From the NCBI GenBank assembly GCA_964035545.1, contig OZ037767.1, positions 23,452,628 to 23,516,627 of the forward strand: a stretch of 64,000 nucleotides of DNA. The letters run 5' to 3'. The position numbers and the translations under genes are program-made. A model generated the notes under the pieces. It was given only the letters and a program-made list of their open reading frames with translations, was not told the DNA's origin and made no database searches. The first letter of the stretch is position 1. Each line of letters opens with the position of its first letter. Origin of the DNA: Bugula neritina (Eukaryota; Animalia; Bryozoa). Below, one piece after another: positions 31,324-45,978 of this stretch.

Positions 31324-33595
31324 TCAAGAATGGGACATGGGATCCCACAGAGGTTGAAGCCTTCTCACCATACTCCAATAATTTTGCTGAAAAAAACTAC
31401 AGCTGGTCATTGTTATACTATTATATTTAAATATCAATTGTAAAATATATAAAGACAGTATATGTTGTGATACACCAGTTGCTAACACAAATATCATCAT
31501 ACTATTTTTCAACAACCAAGGTTCTTATAAAACTTGTTCTAATAGTATTACCGATATATTTTTTATTTTTGATGCGCTATTTTCGTGAAATTTGGTATTT
31601 CTGGCCATTTTAGCTTTTGTCTTTCTTAGATCTTCAAGAAGCCGTTGGTTACGTTTTGCAGCTGTGTATATATTTTTCTTGTCTAAAGTTGAAGTAAGGT
31701 TTAGTTTTTCTGGATCTGGAATTCCTCGTAACAAAACTTCTCTCTCTGAAAGTCTACAAAAGTAAAAAAAAGGAGGCTGCTGTTTTAAAATCATTTTTAG
31801 TTTATTAATTACTGGGTGTTTAATCACATGTGCAGTTATAAAATTTGGCTGCAGGCTAACAAAATCTAATATGCAGCCTAAAACAATCGTACATTAAATA
31901 CAATTATTAATAAAAAACAATGGCAAGACAGATCACAATCTGCAATATTAATGTTTAAGAAAATAAAAGCCAACTTGAAGGTAGTAGATAACATTTGAAC
32001 ATAAAGTTTTTTCCTAGCACAATAATGTTTTTAAACTAATACTGCCACGTATTTCACTTGATAACAATTGGTATACCAATTTGTTTTATTCAATCAGGCA
32101 TGCATGCCTTACAGCACACAGAACCAGCATATCATCAAAATCAAATGTGCTCTTGAGTTTAACTCAAATGTTTGATTACAGCATTGAAACTATAAGCCAA
32201 CAAGTAGACTTTAAGGTAACATATAAGTATGTAAGATATTTAGAATAAAAATTTGAAGTAAAATGTGTTAAAATAAATCAGTTATCAAGACCTACATTTG
32301 CATGTGTCGACTCCGTAGCTCATCTTCTTGATTTGCTCGAGCAACGTCTTGAAAGTGTCTGTAGTCATACCTTCCAGTGAGATACGTATAGTCCATCATC
32401 CAATTATACTTGAAACTGTGTATGCTACTTAAAATAGCACGGATGTCTGTTGAAATATAACACAAATATAGCTATATAGATAAGGTTTCAGTATCACTTT
32501 GATACACTTTTCTACACTCTCACTGTAACAGGCAATGAAAAATGTACTAAGTAGTGCATGCGTTTTGTTGTTACATTGGATGTGGTCTATAATACATATG
32601 ATTATGAATATGATAATTATAATAATTCAAATTAGACCATAAGAAGTTATCCCAATCATAAGATTAGGTATTAGTATTGGTATTACATTAAATTTAATTT
32701 ACTTCACTACTCGGTACTCCTAAATTTCAATTTGTATTGGTATTATTAGTAGATATTCATCATCATAATTCATCAATTATATTTATGGCAATGTCAGGTT
32801 ATGCTTATTAAAATAAATAAAATAAATATATATCGTATTATAGAATTGTTACTTGCTACTTGTAGTGAAAAGTGGAGCAGAATCTCATGCGGTACTAGGC
32901 ACGCCAACCTTCGGGTAGCCAAAAGATGTTGTTAGGTAGTCAAGTGCAGAATAGTTAGATATATGCAACACTTTCTCGTCTAAAGGCGGGCCTATACTGC
33001 GGGTAATGATATTATTAATCTATATCGCATTATTATCATTATTATGCTAATTTTAAATCTATGGAGTTGCCCTACTTAACTAGCAACCCTAAAATTGCGT
33101 TACATAGATAGTACAGCAGCATTGCGCTTTGGCAATAGTAAATCAATCATTTCCATATGTTATGCGTGAAGTTATCTTTTCAATAAAGGAAATAACTCCA
33201 TATTATGATAACTACTTTCATAATAATTATTTTCTTTTTATATGTTTTGGGGAAACATTAAAATAGCAAGATTGTTACAGCAAACTGGTTAAGCAGTTTT
33301 CTAGCTATTGAGTACTGAATCGCAATTTATTTTTAGTCCCACATTTTAGTAGATTTTATAAAGTACCACAACCATTTTCAACATACTAGGTTGTTTGGCC
33401 AATTTAACTGTGACTATTCCAACAGTAATAGAGAAGGAGATGCTTCGACTCTAAAGAGTATAACCCAGTATAAGCAGCCTGGGTTATACCTTTCCTTATC
33501 TCATCCTCGTTTTTAAGATGGCCACCAGTAAAATAATAAATTAACACTGCTAATGCTTCATCTGCTCCTATAAGTTGTTTCACTGCGGTGGACAT
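31324..33595 (-). CDS. CEP15: CEP15/C3orf14-like coiled-coil protein (173 aa if the distal exon is used; start uncertain)
   Basis: Exons 33595-33490 (uncertain), 32446-32296, 31753-31552, 31386-31324 splice in phase. QEDELRSRHMQILSEREVLL, TAAKRNQRLLEDL and NYWSMVRRLQPLWD resemble recalled C3orf14 blocks (QEIRLSKRHEEI, TAFKRNLSLLKDI, RYWASV...PKWE). Confidence 0.7.
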
Positions 33596-36500
33596 CTTAT
33601 AGCTCTATCAAAATATTATTATTTATGTCAAACAATGTGCTCAAGTAAAATTTAATTTTTTATTTCAATGAATTAGCAAAAAAAAGTTAATCATACTAAT
33701 TTCAATCACTGAAGATTTTTTAGTAATGCAGCCAGCATAAAGTGAAATGTAGCTGTCCAAAAGTGCAAGAAATGGCTAATATATTTATTAAATATCATAA
33801 GCATAACTTGTACAAATAATTATGACTGTTATTTAGATATAATATGTGCACCAAGTGACATCTCTTGGCTTAAGATTAAACTATACATTGTAGATAATAA
33901 TTTTAGTGGTTCTAAACCTGTTTTGGTAGTCTTGGACATCACTTTGATGGCTGAGTGTACATTTTCTTTGAAGTAGATTAAATTCTAATGCTGTAGAATA
34001 TGTTATGTTATTATTGTTGTTATGATCAATCAACCCATGCCTGTCTACTTGTTTAAATCCTGTGGTGTTACACTAACTATAATATAATGCTGTACTTTAT
34101 GGTCTTATCTTTGAGTGCATTAAACTTAGACTCTCTAAGTTAGTCTAGCTGTAATAATATATTTCTGATCTAACAGTTTAACAAATGCCAATAGATTAGC
34201 TTGAATATTTTTGCTACAAAATACAAATAGGAGAATGATTTTTCAATGAATGACAAAATTAATGCCTTATATTTTTTATAAATCTAAAAGCATGTAGGAA
34301 ATTTAGACAATCTATACTTTAGAAAGCAATCTATGTAGATTTTAGAAGGCAATCTAGCACCTAAGTCCTAGAGCGTCTGCACTATTTTATAATCATCTAA
34401 CCATTGCAGGCTCTAATTTTGCTTAAATGTTAAGTTTACTATAAAAATTAAGGTAGGTTATATGTCTGAATCAACAAAATGAAGTGTCAACTCTCAAAAT
34501 ATGGCACCATGAAAATATGCATAACAATTTAAAATTGAGTAGCAGAATCTAAGACTGAAGGTTAAAGGTCAAAGCTTCCTACACTAAAAGGTGCAAAGCT
34601 AATTAATCAATAAACCTGGAAATAGCATTTATCAGTAGGTACACATGCTATATTCAAGATTTAAACTTAATGAAAAAATGTTATAACACTATTAAATTAC
34701 CAATCTAAGAGATTATATGATAAGCAATGGCTAAAGAAGAACTGACATGGCCCCTAATTGCATAAACAAGAGAAACAGGAAAGATAAAAGACATTCCAGC
34801 CTGTCTGGTCAGTTTCATGCCATAAAACATACATTTGGATCAGGCGTGGGAAAATATCTCATGTTAGTGTGAATCTTCAAAATAATTGCTAATCATCAAT
34901 TTTTTTCTATTCATCTGTTCAGCATGAGTGAGAGAATATGCCAGTCATGAGCCAAATATTTGTAAAAGTGCAGCTTTCTAAAAAGTAAAATTTACTTTAT
35001 TTGTTAATATTAATTTTGTTAATAATATGATTGCTTTCACTGCTGTATATATCTTTTGCTTGAGTTTAATATACGCATGCAGTATCATCTTAAACATGAA
35101 TATAATATTATAATCGTGTACATTGATGTGGACACAACTCTAGAATATTTCAAAAAGATTCCCTGTTGGCTTAGAATGTCCTGCAGCTTTTGAAAGGTTT
35201 TGAGATTTTTTTAAATATTGCTGCATTGCAATGGTTTTAAACAGAATTTGAATAATTTGAAATTTGAACTTTTAGCATGGTAGGGGTCTATTTTATGTTT
35301 TATAAACTAAATTGAATTTGTGCTGAAAAATAAAAATTAGTTCAGTTTAAAAATGCATATCCTAATATTTTGTTGAGCCTGGAGCTGCAGCTGCTAGGTG
35401 TAAAGACAATTTGACTGGTTGGTAAGGATATTATTATAATATTAGTCTGCCACTACAGCTGTACGAAAAAATATAAGTTGGTCACAATTGACATATAACT
35501 TAATAATTATTTGAGCTTCAGTGACCGTCCCTTCCCCTTCACTATGAAATAATTAGAACTTTTGACTGGAATAAGCAGCTATATGCTTCTGTTGAAATGT
35601 GAGCAGTGTGATTCAGCGCATAAACACATTTTATGTTACATTTTTTAGCTCAGCAACTTTAGCCATTTTCATGCCCCATAGGCTCATTTACCTGCTCTTT
35701 TGAAGTTATGACCTGCGAACTTCTACAAATATAACAACACAAATACTTTATCTTTGAAGTTGCTTTTCATATTTACTTATTGCAATAAAGTGCTGCCAAA
35801 ACTTTCAGTATTGAAGCTGGATAGGGTGGTGCAGGAGGCACCCCTCCTGACTAGCATGATGTGTTGTTAATCAACATTTCTTCTTCCTAGAAGACAAAGT
35901 ACAAAATTATGACTATTAAACGCTTAGCATTATTACTTGTTAATTGCAAAATCAGTTTCTTTTGGTAAAAGCATAAATAAATGTTAATTAGAATATTCCC
36001 TTCTGTTTGTTTGTAACCGGTGGGTGGTGTTGGTTAGAGAACACTGAATATAGACTGAGCACCGCCTATAGCACAACATTAAGGCAGATGTGTTAATATA
36101 GTCTGTGTTAATAGCTACATTGGGCTTTAATTTGCAGTTCTCTAGCTTATTTTGTGTATTCAAAGTGCCAATCTTCAAATATGTACTTAAATGCATATTG
36201 ATTACATCAATTGTATGCACAAAACTTTGAAATCTATGCAATATCAAGTGACTTGAGAATTGGTAGCATATGTGTGTATAAATAAATGACACGTCGTTCA
36301 GCTTGGATGGGAATTATTAACTTAACTCTGATATAATGTGCACTTTGTGTTACTTTGGGTGAGTTATAGCATTCTGTAATAGCTTTACACTACATATAGT
36401 AGCATCATCTCATGCTGTCAGTTAAAGCTGTCTTCTTTGCCTATAATATGCAAATCTATACAGCCAATTTACTTATTTCAACCATGAAGGTCTTTTTGCA

Positions 36501-37458
36501 AAATTTGTTGGTGTCTTTGCATAATGTTTTATCGTATTGTAGCTTTAACACATTAATTAATTATCATTTAAAAGTTTGGCTTTCATAGAAAACTTTCTGT
36601 TTTTCTGATATTGTAAAACTCATTAATTTAACCATAGTTGTAGTGTAATGTAATACTTGGTACTGTAATTAAAGTTGTTGCCATTCCTATTTATAAGGTG
36701 CACCGTGATTTGTTTTGTAAATTTTCATTCATGTAAGTTTTTATGTTGGCATCATTTTGCTTGCTGCATATATTTTTCCTATATGGACCTTTTTCGACCA
36801 TTTTAATTTACAACAATACTATGGCTACCACTTATAATTAACATAGCAGGAACGCAGCAAGAAATTAGCGTGAATGAAAACACCACCAACCAGTACTCTA
36901 AGTTATGTTTTATTGAATGTAAAAGCAAAACTATGACACAGTAGACTGGCAGCAAACTTTTTGCAAGATTGATGACTTAATATCTTTTAAAATAAAAATA
37001 ATATTAATTTCATTTTATACTCAATTTGGTTAATAATAATTCCAATTATATTAAGATAATTTATTTATTAATATTAATTGCTTTCGCTGGTTTTGCTCGA
37101 AAAGCTTAACCTTAGGTGGTGAACCTCAGTTAACAACTCATTTTCTTTAATATTTTTATTATGATTTTAGGTCATAACTCTTAATTTCTTTATACTTTCA
37201 ATCTCAATGCTTTGTCACAAAGCCGTGTGTCTTGCCTCCTTGCTAAGCTGGCTGCTGAACAGTTTCAATTTGTATCTTTGGTCTGTGTTGCTTTATAAAC
37301 TATGCAGGGAAACCTGCAGTGCATACTTCTACACCACAACATATTATATGTCATTAAGTTCTTTGTAGAAAATTTACTACTCATCAGTCAAGTCATCTAC
37401 AAGCATTCTAAAAGAAACCACTTTGAATGATCACCTAGTTAAGCTGTACTGTACAGTT

Positions 37459-40400
37459 ATGAATTCCTTCAAAGCACATCTAACAAGGTATTTTAAGTTA
37501 TATTACAAGTGCTGTTAGGCACACACAAGCAGTTCAAATATCTGCAATCAATGACGAATGCATATTAAAAAAATATTTTTATGTATGTTTGAGTTTGGGG
37601 TTGGGATGAAAGGGTTGGGGGTTTAGGTTTGGGGTTTGGACAAATTTAACATCAGTGCGCCATTTTTACCTACTTACCCATTTGTGCTATTATTACCTGT
37701 GCCATTATTTCCTGTGCCATTTTTACTGTGCCATTTTTACCTATAATCAATCTCAATCTTCAACCATCCTTAAGTTTAGAATCATCAAAAATTCCTAACT
37801 AGCATAAAGGTGAAAGTTATTTATTACCAGCTAAGATAGTGAAATGTAATAATTGCAATTATATCGGTTTTAGCAAGGAAGAGAGAAAGGCCCAAATGCT
37901 CAATAGAGTTCAACAATCAAAATATGAAAAAGAGTTGGCAAATATCTCAATTGAAAAGAGGTTTTCCCAGCATTCAGCTGGTTGCAACAAAAAGATGATG
38001 GAACAGAAGTTTAATTTAATCAATCAGAGCAGACAAAGAGTGGCTCAAGAAAAAACTCAGAGAAGAAATCTGGAAGAGGTTGTTATTATGTTACTTTATT
38101 TTTATACTTTGAAACATGTTTATGCTGTAGCATTTACTCTGAATAGAAGAGAATGGTACAACGTTGCCATATTTACAATGATCCATGCTAATGCATTTTT
38201 GCATCGCAGTAACTAGGCCCCTAGTGTAGCTTACAGTATATGCAGAACCAGCCAGTGCAAATAATTTTTATGGGACATTTTACGTATAATGAAGTGTTGA
38301 ATTGCAAAAATATATTCAATATTTCTCACTACCCAGATTCAGCTGATGGCAGAAAAATTCTTCACGGAGCAGAAGAAGCGGGATGCTCTTGCTTACCACC
38401 GATCAGAGACAGCTGATTTTATTGGCTCAATGACTGCCTCGAAGTTAAATCAACTTCTTCAAACGTCTCTCCCAGAAACCTTCATAGACAGGATGTTAGG
38501 TGAGTGACAGCAAACTCAACTGGCAGCATAGCAATATTTATTAATAGTATTTAGTAGTTACTACAAATTGATAATTTCTATAACTGTTTGCATGGTTTTT
38601 GTTTAATAAAATTTTCTTAGCACTTATAAACAATTAGCAACTCATTGAATTCCAGAAAACATCTACACTAAAAATAATTAAAATTACATTTAAAAGTTCA
38701 TGTTTTTATGCCTACATTTTAAAATGTTTCTATATGTCTATATGCTGATATGTTTACACGTTTTAAAGCTTATATACTTACATCATGTTTATACATTTAC
38801 AATTGTTATGCTTCTATGTTTATATTATGTTTTGATATGCCTTAATGTGCATATGTTTACATCATGTTTATGTGTTTATATTATGCTTATATGTTTGCTA
38901 TAGGACAAGAGAAAGCACGGCAGCAAAAACAACATAATGCAAAAACTTCAAAAGCTTTTCTTCAAGGAGTTCGACGTCCACGTACCTTTTTCGATCTAAT
39001 TCAGGTCTTAAGAGAAGAGGGCAGAATTAAAATGGGGCAGTTTGACATTGAGGATAAAACAGGTGATGGTGGAATTCCCAAAGTTAAAAGGCGGATACCT
39101 TTAGAAAGCAAGGTATAAGCTGACACTATTTTTGCACTCATGGTATTATAACCATGCAATAGTTTGCGTATGCAGTGTAGAAATGTTCCTACTGTGTATG
39201 CATAATATAGGTGTTCTGTCACCTCATTACTATTATATAGTCCTAATATCACTCTCAAGTGTCTTCTGCAGTTAGATGGAATGAAAAGCAATAATCTACT
39301 GAGATAATTAAAAACTCAACAACTATTATTACAGAATACAAGTAGCTTATCATAAAGATGGTAGTGTTATGGGACATACTGCGGTATTATAATGGACACA
39401 TCTAATATAGTATTATGGTGTATAGTGTATACACAGCAGTGTTATAATGTACATGCAGCAGTGTTATACTGTGCGCATATCAGTGTTATAATGTATATGC
39501 AGTAGTATTATGGTGTGTATCCAACAAGTCTCATAATATTTGCCATAGTGTCATAGTGTCATAGTCCATGTGTCATATGTATATCATGCATATGTCAATA
39601 GTGTCACAGTGTCATAGTTAATGTGTCATATTTTGAAAGGTGCAGTTCCATAATGTTTGCTTCTCAAAGAAAAGTTTAGATTTAATAATTAATTAATTAA
39701 TCCATTAATCATCAATAATTACTTATAAAGTTAATATTGTTCCATCAAAATATTTCAACTGCCACCCCCTCCCCTATTACCATTACCTGAAAGTTGTTAT
39801 CTCACTAGCTGATATTTCTGCTTAAGTATAGTAACCATAGCCACAATGATAATTTAATTTATTTCTTGATACTTATGGTGTGAAAGCTAGAAGATGGTGA
39901 AAATGAGTTTGTTAGTGCAGCTTAATACATTGGCAGAGGTATGGAAAGTTAGAAAATTAACGTTGTATTCTACCTTCACTATGTTTAGCAAACATTGACC
40001 CCTATAGGGCTTTTAAACTGCAAAGACAGAATTAAAACTTAAAACATATCAGTTTTGAAAATCAATAAGACTAGTAACGATGTTTTAGTATACGTTTCAC
40101 TCGAATGTATGGTTTCCAAGGCCTGGTGTTTGTAAATATATAAAAACAAACAGATATTATAGGAATTGCCTTTCTCTAAAGAATAGGATTATAAAGCAAT
40201 GCTTAAATTAACAATTACAAAGAGACTAGAAAAGTTGATTCTTAAATACTCTACTGTTGAGTATTAGCACAGGCATCTGCAATATCCTGTTTGTAATTGC
40301 ATAGGGTTAGGTACCAGGATAATATTTGATTAGCTAAGCTTTGGCAATCACTTGTTTCTAAAAGGCGATTGTCAAACAAACGATTAATTTTGCAAATAAG

Positions 40401-41671
40401 TTTCATATTCCTCCAGTTTCACATGTGATTAGGAAGAAGTTTGATATGGCAGCTGCCAGGTTTGGTTGGTCAGAAATACAGACTATACAAGATTGTGATT
40501 TTCTCAAATTAATATACTAAATTATTAACGATTATGTTATTAATTAGTTGACATTTATTCCAGGTGCATAGTTTCAAATATGTGTTCAAATACCTTAAGT
40601 ACAGACCCAATCTATTTATTTGTTTCAATTCACTTTTCACCTTACTGTATATAGTCTAATAATATATCTTATATCTTATATTTGTCCACCATGGTGATGA
40701 ATAGTTCCCAGTTGTATAGCATTTTCTATAAAGTTGAGCAATACTGATTTGCCTCAATTTCTATTCATTACTTAAATTGTGAAGATTGCATTAGGCCTTA
40801 AAGGAAACTAAATTATTTTCAGGTTGTAGACTGGTGGTAAAGCTGAGGGAGAAAAAATATATTTCTTTTAATTTTAGTTGCGATGGCGAAGGGTGTTTGA
40901 CCTGATGGTTAAGAAACACAAACAGGAAAAGGAAGCAGCAAAACACACAAATGTAGATTCATTAGTTGTGGCTCCTCAAATCAGCATACTGAAACGAGCA
41001 ACAACTTGCCTTGGTACCAGCAGACACTTCAGGGGCCTAAGTCTATCTGCTTGCCAACGAACTTCAGCAAAACCAATTCGTAAGCTATTATTTCTCATAT
41101 TTATTGATTAGAGCCTTTGGCTTAGTGACCAAGAAGTCATGGGCTCCAGCCCCAGCAAAGGCCATTGGTGATGTAAGAAAGAATATCCAGTCACAATTGC
41201 TCTTGTGTCCCATCTGAATAAGTCCTTAGCCCGATTTAACAAAAAACCTTTCCATCAGGGGTTCCCACAGGGATGGCGCCTTTAAACTTGTGTGAGTGAG
41301 TTTTATATATAACTTCTGATATCTAAAATTAAAAAGTAATCGTTTCAGAAAATAAATTATGTGTACAACTATGTGTATGTTAGTGCTCTTCAAGTATATA
41401 CATCATATACAACTATGATCAGAAGACACTACGCTAGCATAATTCTTAATCTAACATTCATTATTATACAGAGAGGCGTTGCTGGAGCTCCGTGAGGCCA
41501 GTTCAGAACTCAGTTGCTTTGTGCGCAGACCCGAAGAAAAGAATAGAAAATTTACTACTTTGTGAAGAAATGACTCAGCTAAAAATGCGAATGAAATTAA
41601 ACCAATACTACCGGTCCTTAGAGCATGCCCCCAAACTTGATGCTAATTTTGTATCTATTACTTCTTTTTAA
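37459..41671 (+). CDS. Uncharacterised basic coiled-coil protein, 335 aa, 6 coding exons
   Basis: Exons 37459-37487, 37874-38078, 38337-38499, 38904-39112, 40878-41079, 41472-41671; all GT-AG, phases compatible, 1008 nt open to TAA. No family recognised. Confidence 0.75.
37590..37748 (-). mobile_element. Partial copy of a non-autonomous DNA-transposon-like family with tandem GGTAAAAATGGCACA motifs
   Basis: Reverse complement aligns with 47220-47337 (AGGTAAAAATGGCACAG...ACTGATGTTAAATTTG.CCAAAC). Confidence 0.7.
41115..41280 (+). mobile_element. Second degenerate SINE-like relic
   Basis: Shares TCATGGG, CCATT.GTG.TGT and CCTT.CCAT.AGGGG blocks in the same order with 9598-9788. Confidence 0.4.
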
Positions 41672-41959
41672 ATGTCAAAAAAATTTTTGTTTCTGATGAG
41701 ACAGATACTAGTTGTAAAAAGTTTTTCTGCTATGAGGTCAAATTAAAAATATGTCATTTATATTATATGCTAATATTAGATTTTTATTAAAAATGGGGTT
41801 AAATTCCAAATTTTTTTTTATTGTTTTTCACAGATTTCTATTTCTATGGTTTTACCAAATTTTCTTTAGCTGTGCAAGTATAAAAGTAGGCCATATAGTA
41901 TTAGCTATCTGAAACAAGTGCCAACTTATAAGTTTGAGGTTTATTTTAGAGACAACTTT

Positions 41960-41961
<2 letters not shown>

Positions 41962-41996
<35 letters not shown>
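41962..41996. repeat. (AT)n microsatellite
   Basis: Direct reading. Confidence 0.95.
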
Positions 41997-41998
<2 letters not shown>

Positions 41999-42778
41999 TA
42001 TGCTGCTGTTTCCTTTTACTTGAAAGTTTCAGTAAAACTAACAAACAGAATTCAATTCTTTTACAAAAGAATTGAATGTTCATCAGTGTCCTTTGGCAGG
42101 CAGCTAGATTGGTGTCTGGCACATGTGTTTTGTTGCTACACTTCTGCCAAGATGACTTATAACACATGTTATGGCCATATCTGTGAAAGGTCATGTCAGT
42201 ATAAAGCTGTTTTTTGCAGTTTGATTATAATTTTATTGCTTAGAGTGTTTTTTAAGTGTTTTTACTATTCCTTTGTTCCTAATATGTTCTAGTCATAGTC
42301 TAGCAGTCTAACTTCTGTATTATTTGTAAAAATATTACTTATATTTATAATATCCACTATCGTGTATAAAATTAGTTTTTAATTATAATTAATTATTATA
42401 GTAAATTGGAAATATGTAATTTTTTGTGCACAATTCTGCAAAATCTCACTACCATATTATAATAAAGATGAAAGCTGCAAAAGATAGTTAGGAAATTGTA
42501 TGTGTTTTGATAAGATAACTTCAAGTTTAAAAAACGAAAATATCTGACTTTACAAATTATGTGCTTATAGGTTTTGAGCCTGTAATACTTTCAATTGTAC
42601 CTACGATACTGTTTATGTAAGTTGTTTGCCTATTGTACGTAATTGGCATTACATAAATGACAACATGTATATTTAAACACTATACACACTATATAAACTA
42701 TATACACTATATGCAATAAATGTGCACGTAGTGTTCGTACTATGTGCACACCATAAACACTGGGTACACACACTATCA

Positions 42779-43032
<254 letters not shown>

Positions 43033-45845
43033 GCCTTCTGTCAGGTGTTTGTTTGGACAATATCCTTAGCACAACCTGCTCAGTTGGGTTCTTGACAGTA
43101 GAAAAGAAACGTGTGCAGTTATCAATAACAACTTTTGAATTAGTAGGTTTGGGATTTATCTAAAATGACTTTAGACTTTAAACATTAATTGCTGCCACGC
43201 AAGTTATTCACATTTAATGAAACTACTGTTTAGCCTATAATACCCATTGAGATTAATGTCAGACCAGTAAACAAGCTGGACCTCATTCATGACACCTTAG
43301 ATATTAGAGCATATAGTCCATTGAAAGCTGACAGTTCTGGCTAATGACTTATGGAATCAATTCTTCAAGATGCTGTTGTACAAAAGCAGTCATTTACTTC
43401 GAAATTTAACTGCCATGAATTTACATATTAATGCTTCAAGGATCAATGATGGGCTAGTGTTTAATAGTAACATTTTGCATTAGCTGCCAAACAATTGTAG
43501 CTAGTGTTTGTATGTATATATATGTTATCTATACAAACATCTGTTTAATGAACTGTCAAACCGAAACACAGGCATCAAACATATAGAATGGTTTCAAGAA
43601 TTAAACAAAAGACTTGAATTTTTCTATTTTGACAATCACAGCGTCTCCATTGAATGACAAACTTAATCAAACTTTCTTAAGCATAAATAATGCTATTGTT
43701 GCAATTGAAAGCTTGTCGGAGTTTCAGATTAAAGATAAGGTATTTATGAAATAGAGAGATAGCATTTCCATGTGGCTTGTGACCATTGAATAGTGAAATG
43801 AAGCTGATATGATCTGAATTATTAACCAGAATAGCTTTGGCAAGCAAGCTAGATGGTTGGGTAAGTTACTCTACAAGCTTGTAAGAATTTTTTTAGCTGC
43901 AGTATTTGTAATATATTGGCATATTTTATTATATAATGTACAGTATACTTTTAGCACCACGTTGACATTGGCTTTCATACCATTTATATACAAGTCATAA
44001 AATTTTTATCACGCCATCTTGAGTCCATTTGGAGAATTCTGCCAAATTTATATACCTGAGTGTGCATATCCTAATCTCAACTTACATTCCTTTATTAAAC
44101 CTAAATGATTGAAACAAATTGCTAACCTCCAGCCACCATTTGCAAACTTTTTGGAATTTTATTTTAACTTTGTTGAAGATTATTGCAAATTTGCCCGCAA
44201 CTAGCAGCAGTTTTCCGTCTTGGTGTCGTGGAAAGGAAGAGTTGCTTTGTTTATTTGTGTTGTTAGAAATTCAAGCTAGGTAGCGTAGCTTGAAATATTT
44301 GGCAAATATATATTTTGAATATAATTGCATATAATTACAGTAATTTAACAGTGCCATTGCTTGGCTTACCTCTTGTTATAATAACATATAAGAAGAAAAT
44401 TGCTCTATTTTATGAAGCGTATAATACATTTTCATCAGAGATAAGCATGTACTCACTTACAGATAATGATTATTATGTATAATATCACCAACTTTAATGC
44501 CTCATTAATTATTATGTTATTTGGTACGCCTGTTAGAACTGCCACCAGGCCACCCCTACTTTTCTTGTCAGATTAAGTAGGGTTAGGGCTATGTTAAGTC
44601 AGGCAGTGTTGACAATTATAGAGGCTAGCAAGACAGGTCTCTCTGGGGAATAGCGGGCTAAGTAGGCTGAATAATAACATAATCTATTAGTTTGTTATTC
44701 TCTTGCTTGCATGGGTCATACGAGTGATTATTGAACACCAACAGTGCAGCATAGTCTAGCTACAATGAAGTTGTTGGTCTCTTCATCAGGTAAATATTAG
44801 CAGGTATTATAGCTGCATTATGCCTTTTTATGTTGATAATGAAAACTCTGTAATAGATAAACTGACAATATATTGCTAATGCAAAAACACTGGTTGCTAT
44901 GCGGGTAAGAATGAAAGAACTGTAGCTCAGATGTGAACTGGTTTCTAAAAATAGCTGCCGATACTTCTTTCTAGGCTGATGGTTTAAATATGTTTTATTA
45001 CGAAACCAGACAACCTCTTCTGCCAAAAAACATCTGCTCAGACTTCATGAATACAAATGTAATATAAAACATCTTTTTATATCAGAATAAGTCATTACAG
45101 TATCAGTCTGAAGATTTTCATTTGTTGTAAATAACCTGTTATTCAGTATTCACTTATTGCTAACATTTGGCTAACATGACTACAGCTAATAGAAATTCTC
45201 AGTGATTTTTTGTACTAGTCTACAAAAATAAGTTAAATAGTTATCTACTCATGAAATAAATATTTTAGTATGTTTTTATAAAGGGAATATTTCTAGCTAG
45301 GCGTCTTCTCAAACTTACCTTCGTAGAAGAGATTAAATAATTACAAAAGCTGCACATGACAATATTATAGAATTACTAGCCAGACGTGTTTTGACTTCAT
45401 CAAGTCATACATTTTACTTCCTAGCAGCTTGTTTAGTCTAGAAAGAACTATAAATCAGTTCTGATATTTTAGAATAATATGTCAAATATCTAACTCTTAT
45501 TTGTGATATTCTAAATTATTAGGCTTAACTCAAAATTCAAACAAAATAAATGAATTGATTATAAGAGAAACAAAGCAATGGCATATCAGGGGCTGCTTCT
45601 TTTAAGCAATCATTATTTCTACTAAAAATATTGGGATGGGCTGCATTATATGCAACTTGAAATCCCATCAGTATAATCAGAGACATTCAATGTAATACGC
45701 TGAAGTATAAAGGTCAGTCAGTTTATATTTTTGGGGATGGGCATAAAATATTAGTAAAATTAAAATCTAAATTCTATTGATAACCTCCCACTGATAGTTT
45801 TATAGTTCACTTAGGTCATATAGATAACTGCTTTAACCACAATTT

Positions 45846-45978
45846 ATTCATTGATACTATATTGATTCATTGAAAATATATTGATTTATTGAAACTATAT
45901 TGATTCATTGATATTATATTGATTCATTGAAACTATATTGATTCATTGATACTATATTGATTCATTGATATTATATTG
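45846..45978. repeat. 19-bp minisatellite x7 (ATTCATTGAWAYTATATTG)
   Basis: Units at 45846, 45865, 45884, 45903, 45922, 45941, 45960. Confidence 0.9.

Noticed and set aside
35776-35886. Minus-strand exon-like segment with AG/GT boundaries
   Set aside because: No frame open across it and no link to a neighbouring gene can be shown.
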